Assembly: GCA_003696105.1 (NCBI GenBank)
Contig: RFGE01000022.1
Location: forward strand, 4,177-68,176
Direction: 5' to 3'
Source: Deltaproteobacteria bacterium
GTDB lineage: Bacteria; Myxococcota_A; Polyangia; Haliangiales; J016
DNA: 64,000 nt
The notes under the pieces were generated by a model. That model ran no database searches. It was not told where the DNA came from and saw only the letters and a list, made by a program, of their open reading frames with translations. Shown here one piece after another: positions 55,275 through 64,000 of the stretch (positions within the stretch are counted from its first letter, which is position 1; each line of letters opens with the position of its first letter). Position numbers and translations under genes: made by a program.

Positions 55275-55493
55275 ATGGCACTTGGCAAGGTGAAGTGGTT
55301 CAACGACGCGAAGGGGTACGGATTCATCGTGCACAGCGACGGGCGCGACGTATTCGTCCACTACTCGTCGATTGAGGGGGAAGGGTTCAGATCGCTGACC
55401 CAGGGACAGGACGTCGAGTACGAGGTCAGCGAGGGGCCGCGCGGGCTGCACGCCACGGCGGTGCGCAAGCTGGAGCAGCACGGCCGGATGTAG
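55275..55493 (+). CDS. cspA: cold-shock protein (CspA family)
   Basis: GKVKWFNDAKGYGFI...DVFVHYSSI (RNP1/RNP2). SD TAAGGAGG upstream. A comparatively AT-rich long leader precedes it. Confidence 0.95.
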   Translation: MALGKVKWFNDAKGYGFIVHSDGRDVFVHYSSIEGEGFRSLTQGQDVEYEVSEGPRGLHATAVRKLEQHGRM

Positions 55494-55507
55494 GACCACA
55501 ACCGCAA

Positions 55508-55553
55508 CCGAGCGCCGTCATCGCCCAGCGCGGTGGCGGCGCTCGGCATTTTC
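55508..55553 (+). terminator. candidate intrinsic terminator after cspA
   Basis: CCGAGCGCCG (55508..55517) pairs with CGGCGCTCGG (55537..55546), followed by CATTTTC. Confidence 0.45.
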
Positions 55554-55679
55554 GGTGCGGGCCCGGGCGCGGACCGCGCGGCGGCCGGCCGCGCGGCGCG
55601 CGGTCCCCCGCCGGCTCTCTCGGCGCGGTCTGGCGCGGCCGATCCGTTTGGCCGTTCGCCGCGGTACGCGGCGCGGCGG

Positions 55680-57974
55680 TCACCGGTCGAACGACGCGAT
55701 CCGGTAGCTGCCGTCGGCTTGCTGCGCCAGGGTCACCGCGAACCGTTCGTCGCCCGCGCGCACGACCAGCAGCAGGTGCGTTGCGTCGGCGCTCGGCGGC
55801 AGCATGTCGAACAGCCGCCGGTACTGTGCAGGCGACAGCACCCGCCAGTCGCGTACTCGGCGCCGGTGCGTCTCGCTCAGGATCGTCCGGTAGACGGCGG
55901 CGACGCCGTCCGGATCGTTGGCGACGATCGCCCCGCGGCTCTTGAACGGGACCGCGGACAGATGCACCAGCTCGCCCAGCTGCCCCGCTTCGAACGCGGT
56001 GACCCACGCGGCGGCGGCCGCGGCGGCCGCGGGGTCGTCTGGCGCCGGCAAGTTGGCCGCGGCGCGCGCGGCAGCCGCCGGATCGGCCGGCTCGATCGCG
56101 GGCGCCGGCGGGCGGCGGCGACTGGTCGATCGGCCGAGCAAGCCGGCGTTCGCGCCGCGGTCGCTGCCCGCGGGGGCATCGGCCCGGATGAACTTGTCGA
56201 CGCCGAACGTGCCGCACTGCCGCCAGTCGCGATGGAAGCGCCAGTGCAGGTACACCTTTCCGTCCGGCGACCGGATCTCGGGCGGCGTCGGATCGAATGG
56301 CTCGGCGCTGAACACGGTATCGAGCGCGGCCACGTCGAACGCGAGCACACCGGAGTGCTGCACGACCGTCGCCTTGTCCACCGTGCCGTCCGGGTTGACG
56401 ACGATCTCGATCTTCGTCATCAGGTCCCACCGGTTCAACTCGTGAGTCGCCGGCTTGCTGTCGAGTTCCTCGAGGAAACCAAACCCCCACAGCTCGTGAA
56501 TCTTGCGGTGCATGCGCGCGACGTACACGGCAAACGGCTCCGCACGCGTCTTGAGTGCGGTCTGGTTGCCGGGCCGAATCTCCGGCGTGAAGTTCTCGAG
56601 CGACGACTGCACCCGGGCGAGCTTGCGCTGATACCGGCCGAGCTTCTTCGACTGCCGGCGCTTGCCGACCTCGACCTCCCGTTGCGCCACGTCGGAGCCG
56701 ACGATCCGCTCGTAGTCGTCGAAGCTCAGCGGCCTGTCGAGCCCCGGGAGACCCTTCTTGCCGCGCCGGCCGGTCGTGCCGCCGCCGCCCGCCGCGTCCC
56801 CTGCCGGCGGCAACACCGGGCCGCCGGGCGAACCGCGGCCCTCGATTCCCCGCATCGCGAGGACGCCGGGCCGCCTGCCGTCGCCGCCGTCGCCGCCCTC
56901 GCCGCCGCCGCCCTCTCCCCCCTCGCCGGCCGTGTTGCCACGCGCGACGTTCGCGTCGCCGTTGTGCGCCGTCTCCTCGGCGCGGTCGATCGACAGCGAA
57001 CTCGGCTCACTGTCCTCGATCTGAGCCACATCCGTCTCCGCCGCGCCGACCTCGTCGCTCTCGATGTCGCTCGGCTCGGAGTACGGCGCGTCGCCGCGCT
57101 GCTCGCGCTCGAGGTTGGTGTCGGTCGCGCGCGTCTGCTCGACGACGTCGCGGTTTTTGTCCGACAAAAACTGCGCGTCGCTGGGCGCCTCGTCGACGAC
57201 GTGCTCGTCGTCGGCGACCTCCACGCTCTTCATCGGGATGGCCGGCTTGGGCCGCTCGGGCGGCGCGGGCGCCGGGGCGGCCTCCGGCGGCTGCGGCGGC
57301 GATGGAATCGCCGGAGGCGGCGGTTCGGCCATCACGAGGGGCGGCGGCTCCGGCTCGATCGGCGGCTCCGGTTCGACCGGCGGCTCCGGCTCGCGCGGCG
57401 CCGCCTCCGGCACCGGCGCGTCGAGAAGGGTCGCCTCGACCGCGGGCTCCGGCAGCGTGATGTCGTCGTCGGGACGGTCCTCGACGGCGACCGTGTCGAC
57501 CTCGACTCGCTCGGGTACCCGCTCGAAGAAGACCGTGACCTGTTCGGCGCCGTACAGCGCGAGCGTGCACTGCGCAAACGGCTCGCTGCGGCACGCGCGA
57601 GACCAGCCGTCGAGATACGAACCGTCCGCGGGTTCGGCGTGGACGACGACGAGCTGGCCGCGCGGGTACGGGGTGCGACACGGCGCACCCGCCTCACACC
57701 GGACCTCGGCGATCGGCGGACGGCCGCAGTACGCATCGATCAGCCACGCCGGCGCACCGCGCGCGACGCACGGTGCCGACCACGCCAGGCCGACCGGTTC
57801 GATGCGCACCGCCCCCGTTCCCGTGCCGTCGAACGATACGGTGAGCGTGGTCGGCGGCGGCTCGGGCGGGGTGCGCAGCGCGTCGAGCGCGAGGCCGGCC
57901 AGCAGCTGCAGGCCCGCGGACCCGATCAGAAAGCCCACCAGGACCAGCGGACTCCGCTTTCGCGCGCGGCTCAC
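55680..57974 (-). CDS. large membrane-anchored TonB-C-domain protein with Pro-rich and acidic/Gly-rich low-complexity regions and an extra C-terminal domain
   Basis: GTG 57974. TM segment PLVLVGFLIGSAGLQLLAGLAL. PEPPVEPEPPIEPEPPP tract. GEGGEGGGGEGGDGGDG tract. TonB_C-like core (KIEIVVNPDGTVDKATVVQHSGVLAFDVAALDTV). The start is uncertain. Confidence 0.7.
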   Translation of the reverse strand: MSRARKRSPLVLVGFLIGSAGLQLLAGLALDALRTPPEPPPTTLTVSFDGTGTGAVRIEPVGLAWSAPCVARGAPAWLIDAYCGRPPIAEVRCEAGAPCRTPYPRGQLVVVHAEPADGSYLDGWSRACRSEPFAQCTLALYGAEQVTVFFERVPERVEVDTVAVEDRPDDDITLPEPAVEATLLDAPVPEAAPREPEPPVEPEPPIEPEPPPLVMAEPPPPAIPSPPQPPEAAPAPAPPERPKPAIPMKSVEVADDEHVVDEAPSDAQFLSDKNRDVVEQTRATDTNLEREQRGDAPYSEPSDIESDEVGAAETDVAQIEDSEPSSLSIDRAEETAHNGDANVARGNTAGEGGEGGGGEGGDGGDGRRPGVLAMRGIEGRGSPGGPVLPPAGDAAGGGGTTGRRGKKGLPGLDRPLSFDDYERIVGSDVAQREVEVGKRRQSKKLGRYQRKLARVQSSLENFTPEIRPGNQTALKTRAEPFAVYVARMHRKIHELWGFGFLEELDSKPATHELNRWDLMTKIEIVVNPDGTVDKATVVQHSGVLAFDVAALDTVFSAEPFDPTPPEIRSPDGKVYLHWRFHRDWRQCGTFGVDKFIRADAPAGSDRGANAGLLGRSTSRRRPPAPAIEPADPAAAARAAANLPAPDDPAAAAAAAAWVTAFEAGQLGELVHLSAVPFKSRGAIVANDPDGVAAVYRTILSETHRRRVRDWRVLSPAQYRRLFDMLPPSADATHLLLVVRAGDERFAVTLAQQADGSYRIASFDR

Positions 57975-58341
57975 CGACTCACCGTGTTTTCTTCGCTTTG
58001 TCCAGGGTATAGCAACGCCGAGCGCGCGCCACAAGCGCACCGAAGTGGACGGCCCGCGGCGCGCGGCCGGCCGCGGTAGGTACGCAACATCGCAGGCGGA
58101 CGGCGCCGCCGAACGGTGAGACCCGAGCGGGTCCGTCGCGGTTGGCCGCACCGCCGGCGACGCGCGACGCGCGCCGCGATCCGGCAGACGCCCGCACCGG
58201 CGAGGAAGTCGACGGGGCGATGCCCGCCGCGCGGAAGGCGCCCGCGGCGAGGGGCCCCGGCGGAACCGTCCCGCCGCACCGAGGACGGCGCGCGCCCGCG
58301 ACGGCGCAGCCGGCGCCGCCGACAGCGACGCCCGCGCGCTG

Positions 58342-58516
58342 CGAGGCGGGTGCGCCGAGGCGGGCCAACGACGGTGCGAGATGCGAGGCCGCGTGCGGCG
58401 CACGCCCGCAGCACACGAGGGCGCGTAGCCCCACGCGCGACCCCACCGCGCGACACCGTACGCCGAAGATCGCCCACAGGTCGCGACCGCGGCCAGCGGC
58501 CACGCGCGACAGCCTC
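58342..58516 (+). mobile_element. MITE-like element, copy C (degenerate 5' TIR)
   Basis: Collinear with copy B along its length, except for a replaced 31-bp centre. The 3' end CAGCCTCC plus TA forms the lexA stop (TAG on the minus strand, 58517..58519). Confidence 0.65.
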
Positions 58517-59182
58517 CTAGCCCATCTTGCGGTAGACGCCGACGACGACGCCGAGGATATCGACCGAGCGCATGTCGCGGCGCCGGACGTAAATTGGATC
58601 CATGGAGGCGTTCGCCGGCTGGAACCGGATCACGTCTCCCTCCGGGTAGTAGCGCTTGACCGTCGCCTCGCCCTCGATCATCGCGACCACCGTATCGCCG
58701 CGCTGTGCGGTCGGCGTCTTCTTGACGAACACGTAGTCGCCGTCGTGTATGCCGTCTTCGATCATCGAGTCGCCGACGACGCGGAGCGCGAACACCTCCC
58801 GGGTGTTGCCGATGAAGAACCGGTCGACGACGACCGTGTCCTCGGCCTGCTCGACCGCCAACAGCGGCTCGCCCGCGGCGACGCGGCCGAGCAACGGCAC
58901 CTCGACGAACGACTCGCCCAGACCGACCGGGGCCGGCTTGCGCGCCGACGCGATCGGCGTCACCGGCCGCATGGCGCGCGACTTGAGATCCTCGCGCCGC
59001 AGGTAGCCCTTTTTCTCGAGCGCCTTGAGGTGGTCGTTGACTCCGTTGGTCGACCGGATGCCGAAGTGCTCGCCGATCTCGCGCAGCGTCGGCGGATAGC
59101 CGCGCTCCGCGATCGACGCGGTGATGAAATCGAGGATCTGCTGTTGGCGTTTGGTCAGCGTGTCGCGAGTTTCTAGTTGCAT
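58517..59182 (-). CDS. lexA: LexA repressor
   Basis: N-terminal wHTH ([12 protein letters not shown]...[10 protein letters not shown]) and a C-terminal S24 peptidase (VVGDSM...[13 protein letters not shown]). Confidence 0.95.
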   Translation of the reverse strand: MQLETRDTLTKRQQQILDFITASIAERGYPPTLREIGEHFGIRSTNGVNDHLKALEKKGYLRREDLKSRAMRPVTPIASARKPAPVGLGESFVEVPLLGRVAAGEPLLAVEQAEDTVVVDRFFIGNTREVFALRVVGDSMIEDGIHDGDYVFVKKTPTAQRGDTVVAMIEGEATVKRYYPEGDVIRFQPANASMDPIYVRRRDMRSVDILGVVVGVYRKMG

Positions 59183-59231
59183 GCCCGTGTCCCCCGTCTA
59201 CCCGGCTGATCCCGCGTGGGTCGCCCAGCTA

Positions 59232-59257
59232 CCTGAACGGCTGTACGGTACTGAACA
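59232..59257 (-). promoter_or_regulatory. candidate SOS (LexA) box in the lexA divergent promoter region
   Basis: The minus strand reads TGTTCAGTACCGTACAGCCGTTCAGG. CCGTACAGCCGTTCAGG differs at 2 positions from the M. xanthus LexA box CTRHAMRYBYGTTCAGS as I recall it. A second GTTCAG half-site is adjacent. It lies 50-75 nt upstream of lexA. Confidence 0.45.
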
Positions 59258-59312
59258 AACTCGCGGCCGGTCAAATTTTGTGCCGGCGCGCGCGCGCCGT
59301 AGGATGCGGACC

Positions 59313-60086
59313 ATGGGCCAACACGCCGCCATCGTTGCGGTTGCGGCGCTCGCCGGCGCGTTCGGCCGGGGCGACCGAGCCGAGCTTGCGTCCCGCGCGC
59401 GCCGGCTGCCGGCCGCGACGTTGGCCACCGCGATCGCCGGCCCCGACCGCGCCGCGGCGCTCGCCGCGATCGCGGCCGCCCCGCACAGCCGCGCGCCGTG
59501 GGCCCTGCTCGACCCGCTGGCGCGCGCCGCGCGATCGACCGATCGCCGCCGCGCATCGTCGGCCGCGCGCGCCGCCGCTGCGATCGCCGCAGACCTCACG
59601 CTCGACACGCTCCTCGCCTGGGAAATCGATCTCGACGCGGTCGACCGCGCCGCGCGCGCGTGGGGCGACGTCGCGGCCGACCCCGGCCTGTGGCCCGACG
59701 TGCGCGTGCACGCGCTCGAGGCGCGCGCCGCGCTCGGCCGCGCGGTGGCGCCGGCCGTCGAGCCGCCGTTTGCCCGCGCGCTGCTGGCAGACCCCGAGCC
59801 GGAGGTCCGGCGCGCGGCGTTCGACCTGCTCGCGCCGCCGCTTTCGCCCGAGCTGCTCGCGGTCGCGGCCGAACGCGCCGCGACCGACCCGGACCCCCCT
59901 GTGGCGCTGGCCGCCGCCGGCGCGGCGTGTGCGGGCCTGCCGCTGGGGGCCGACCCCGCCGCCGTGCGGGCGGCGTTCGGCGACCGCGGCATCGCGCGGA
60001 TCCGCCGACTCGCATCCGGCCGCGACGTAGCGCCCGACGTGGCCGCCGGCGTGTCGCGTTGCCTGCGCGAGGTCGCCCCGCGATGA
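59313..60086 (+). CDS. Ala-rich HEAT-like hypothetical protein
   Basis: [16 protein letters not shown]..., [14 protein letters not shown] (HEAT-like). The stop overlaps the murJ ATG. Alternative ATG at 59304. Confidence 0.6.
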   Translation: MGQHAAIVAVAALAGAFGRGDRAELASRARRLPAATLATAIAGPDRAAALAAIAAAPHSRAPWALLDPLARAARSTDRRRASSAARAAAAIAADLTLDTLLAWEIDLDAVDRAARAWGDVAADPGLWPDVRVHALEARAALGRAVAPAVEPPFARALLADPEPEVRRAAFDLLAPPLSPELLAVAAERAATDPDPPVALAAAGAACAGLPLGADPAAVRAAFGDRGIARIRRLASGRDVAPDVAAGVSRCLREVAPR

Positions 60087-61654
60087 CCGGTGAGCGGCGC
60101 TTTGCCCGGGCAGCCGGGCTGATCTCATCGGCCACGATGCTGTCGCGCGTCCTCGGGTTGGTGCGCGAGCAACTGTTCGCCGCGCTCATGGGCGCGACGA
60201 TGTTCGCCGACGCATTCGTGGTGGCATTCCGCATTCCGAACCTCCTGCGCGATTTGTTCGCCGAAGGCGCCCTGTCGTCCGCGTTCGTGCCGACGTTCAA
60301 GGCGGAGTTGAACCAGCACGGCCCGGACGCGGCCTACGCGCTGGCCAATCGCGTCGCCGGCACGCTGGTCGTGATCGTCGGCGCACTCGTGCTCACCGGC
60401 GCGGTGTTCGCGCCGCACATCGTCGACGCGATCGCACCCGGATTCGCGGTCGAGCCGGCCAAGCGCGACCTGACGATCGAACTCACGCGCATCATGCTGC
60501 CGTTTCTGGCGCTCGTGTCGGCCGCCGCGGTCGCAATGGGCATGCTCAACGCGCAGGACCGGTTCGCCGCGCCCGCGCTCGCGCCGGCGATGTTCAACAC
60601 CGCGACGATCGCGGTCGGCGCCGCGCTGTACGCGACCGGTGTCACGGGCCGCGGCGTCGCGGTCGGCTGGTCGATCGGCACGCTCGCCGGCGGCTTCGCC
60701 CAACTCGGCGTGCAGCTGCCGCCGCTTTGGCGGCTCGGGTTCCGGCCGCGCCCCGCCGCCGACCTCGCGCTGCGCGATCCGGGCGTGCGCCGGGTCGCGC
60801 GGCTGATGGCGCCGGCGGTCGTCGGCCTGGCCGCCGTGCAGGTCAACATTTTCGTCAATACGTTGTTCGCGACGTCCGAGAGTGGCGCCGCCGCGTGGCT
60901 CAACTACGCGTTCCGCTTCTTGCAGCTGCCCATCGGCGTGTTCGGCGTCGCGATCGCCACGGTCGCCACGACGCGGTTTGCCGACGCGGCGGCCGACCGG
61001 CGGCGCGACGACATGGCGGACCAACTCCGCCAGGGGCTGGAACTCGTCGCGTTCCTGACCGTACCGGCGACCGTCGGGCTCGTCCTGCTCGGCGAGCCGA
61101 TCATCCAGCTCATCTACGAGCGCGGCGCGTTTTCGCCGCACGACACCGCCGCGGTCGCCGCCGCGCTCCACATGTACGCGATCGGCCTCGTCGCGTACGC
61201 GGCCGTCAAGGTCGTCGCGCCCGCGTTCTATGCCGTAGATCGCGCGCGCGTGCCGATGGCGGCGTCGATCACCGCCGTCGCGGTCAACATTGCGCTGAAC
61301 GTGACCCTGCACCCGCACTTCGGCTACCGGGCGCTCGCGTTCGGCACCGCGGCGGCCGCGATCGTCAATTTCGGCATCCTGTACGCGGCGTTCGGCCGCG
61401 CGGTGGCGCGCGCGCCGCACGCCCGCCTGCTCGCGCACCTGGTCCGCGTCGGCGCGGCGGCCGCGGCGATGGGCGCCGCCGTGTGGGCGTGCCATGCCGC
61501 GCTCGTCGACGCGGTCGGGACCGAGACGCTCGCCGCGCGCGCGACCCGCACACTCGCTCCGATCGCCGTCGGCGTCGCGGCGTACGCGACCGCGTGCTGG
61601 GTGCTGCGCATCCCGCAGTTGGGCCACTTCGCGCGCCGATTGCGCCGCCGCTGA
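60083..61654 (+). CDS. murJ: lipid II flippase MurJ (MviN)
   Basis: [53 protein letters not shown] is the canonical MurJ N-terminus. About 14 TM segments, 523 aa. ATGA overlap. Confidence 0.93.
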   Translation: MTGERRFARAAGLISSATMLSRVLGLVREQLFAALMGATMFADAFVVAFRIPNLLRDLFAEGALSSAFVPTFKAELNQHGPDAAYALANRVAGTLVVIVGALVLTGAVFAPHIVDAIAPGFAVEPAKRDLTIELTRIMLPFLALVSAAAVAMGMLNAQDRFAAPALAPAMFNTATIAVGAALYATGVTGRGVAVGWSIGTLAGGFAQLGVQLPPLWRLGFRPRPAADLALRDPGVRRVARLMAPAVVGLAAVQVNIFVNTLFATSESGAAAWLNYAFRFLQLPIGVFGVAIATVATTRFADAAADRRRDDMADQLRQGLELVAFLTVPATVGLVLLGEPIIQLIYERGAFSPHDTAAVAAALHMYAIGLVAYAAVKVVAPAFYAVDRARVPMAASITAVAVNIALNVTLHPHFGYRALAFGTAAAAIVNFGILYAAFGRAVARAPHARLLAHLVRVGAAAAAMGAAVWACHAALVDAVGTETLAARATRTLAPIAVGVAAYATACWVLRIPQLGHFARRLRRR

Positions 61655-61698
61655 CCGCAGCGGTCGCGATCGGCGCACCCTCGGGTAGACTGCCCCCC

Positions 61699-63708
<2,010 letters not shown>

Positions 63709-63813
63709 CGCCACGCGAACGCGCGCCGACACGTCGCGTGCGAGCGGCGCACCGCGCGCCGGTGAGTCGGCGCCGGCCGCGGGCCGCGAGCGTCCGGCCG
63801 CCCCGCGGGTCCG

Positions 63814-64000
63814 TCACGCGGCGAGAAACGGCGCGAGGTGGGCCAACACCGCGTCGGGCCGCTCGAACGCCGACAGGTGACCGGCCCCCGGGATGCGTAC
63901 CAGTTTCGATCCCGGCATCCGCCGATGCATCTTCTCCGACAGCGCCGGCGGCGTCGCGCGATCCTCCTCGCCGACCAGGATCAGCGCCGGCGCGCCGATC
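63814..64000 (-). CDS. alpha/beta hydrolase, C-terminal fragment (gene continues beyond the window)
   Basis: The reverse frame reads IGAPALILVGEEDRATPPALSEKMHRRMPGSKLVRIPGAGHLSAFERPDAVLAHLAPFLAA*. GxH near the C-terminus is typical of the catalytic His region. Confidence 0.7.
   Translation of the reverse strand, partial: IGAPALILVGEEDRATPPALSEKMHRRMPGSKLVRIPGAGHLSAFERPDAVLAHLAPFLAA

Noticed and set aside
57975-58341. A protein-coding gene, or another MITE copy, in the gap between the TonB-like gene and copy C.
   Set aside because: Only Arg-rich ORFs are present in both strands. One TIR-like fragment (GGTAGGTACGCAACATCGCAGGCGG) is too degenerate to call.

Overview
Very GC-rich chromosomal segment (G+C not computed) with no rRNA and no CRISPR. 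It is almost certainly from a myxobacterium. Supporting signs: a MYXO-CTERM-type sorting signal, many lipoproteins, Ser/Thr-kinase, TPR and HEAT proteins, TonB-C proteins, and BMC-P genes arranged as I recall for Haliangium. I can support about 50 protein genes, one tRNA-Leu, several tandem repeats and a small family of MITE-like elements. Most long Arg-rich ORFs in the six-frame track are out-of-frame shadows of the real genes. Housekeeping blocks are rpsP-KH-rimM-trmD-rplS, rimO, coaX, pyk, cspA, lexA and murJ. The items most worth a second look follow. (1) A Bcp/PrxQ peroxiredoxin has its peroxidatic Cys codon replaced by in-frame TGA at 10554, followed by a hairpin, so it is a probable selenoprotein that the ORF track splits. 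(2) A ~175-bp MITE-like element with 21-bp terminal inverted repeats and TA flanks occurs in three full copies plus a short variant, each with one end abutting the TAG stop of a neighbouring gene. (3) A secreted Fam20/Fjx1-like kinase homolog is translationally coupled to a TRASH-TM-HEAT protein and an MFS transporter. (4) A satellite microcompartment locus holds two BMC-P genes and a class II aldolase with a C-terminal encapsulation-peptide-like helix, downstream of a 2816-aa TPR giant. (5) TrmD is fused to a second SPOUT domain. (6) The tRNA-Leu has an apparent AAG (A34) anticodon. (7) Two genes carry tandem duplications of their 3' ends. All calls rest on reading the sequence and recalling family motifs. 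No database search was run.
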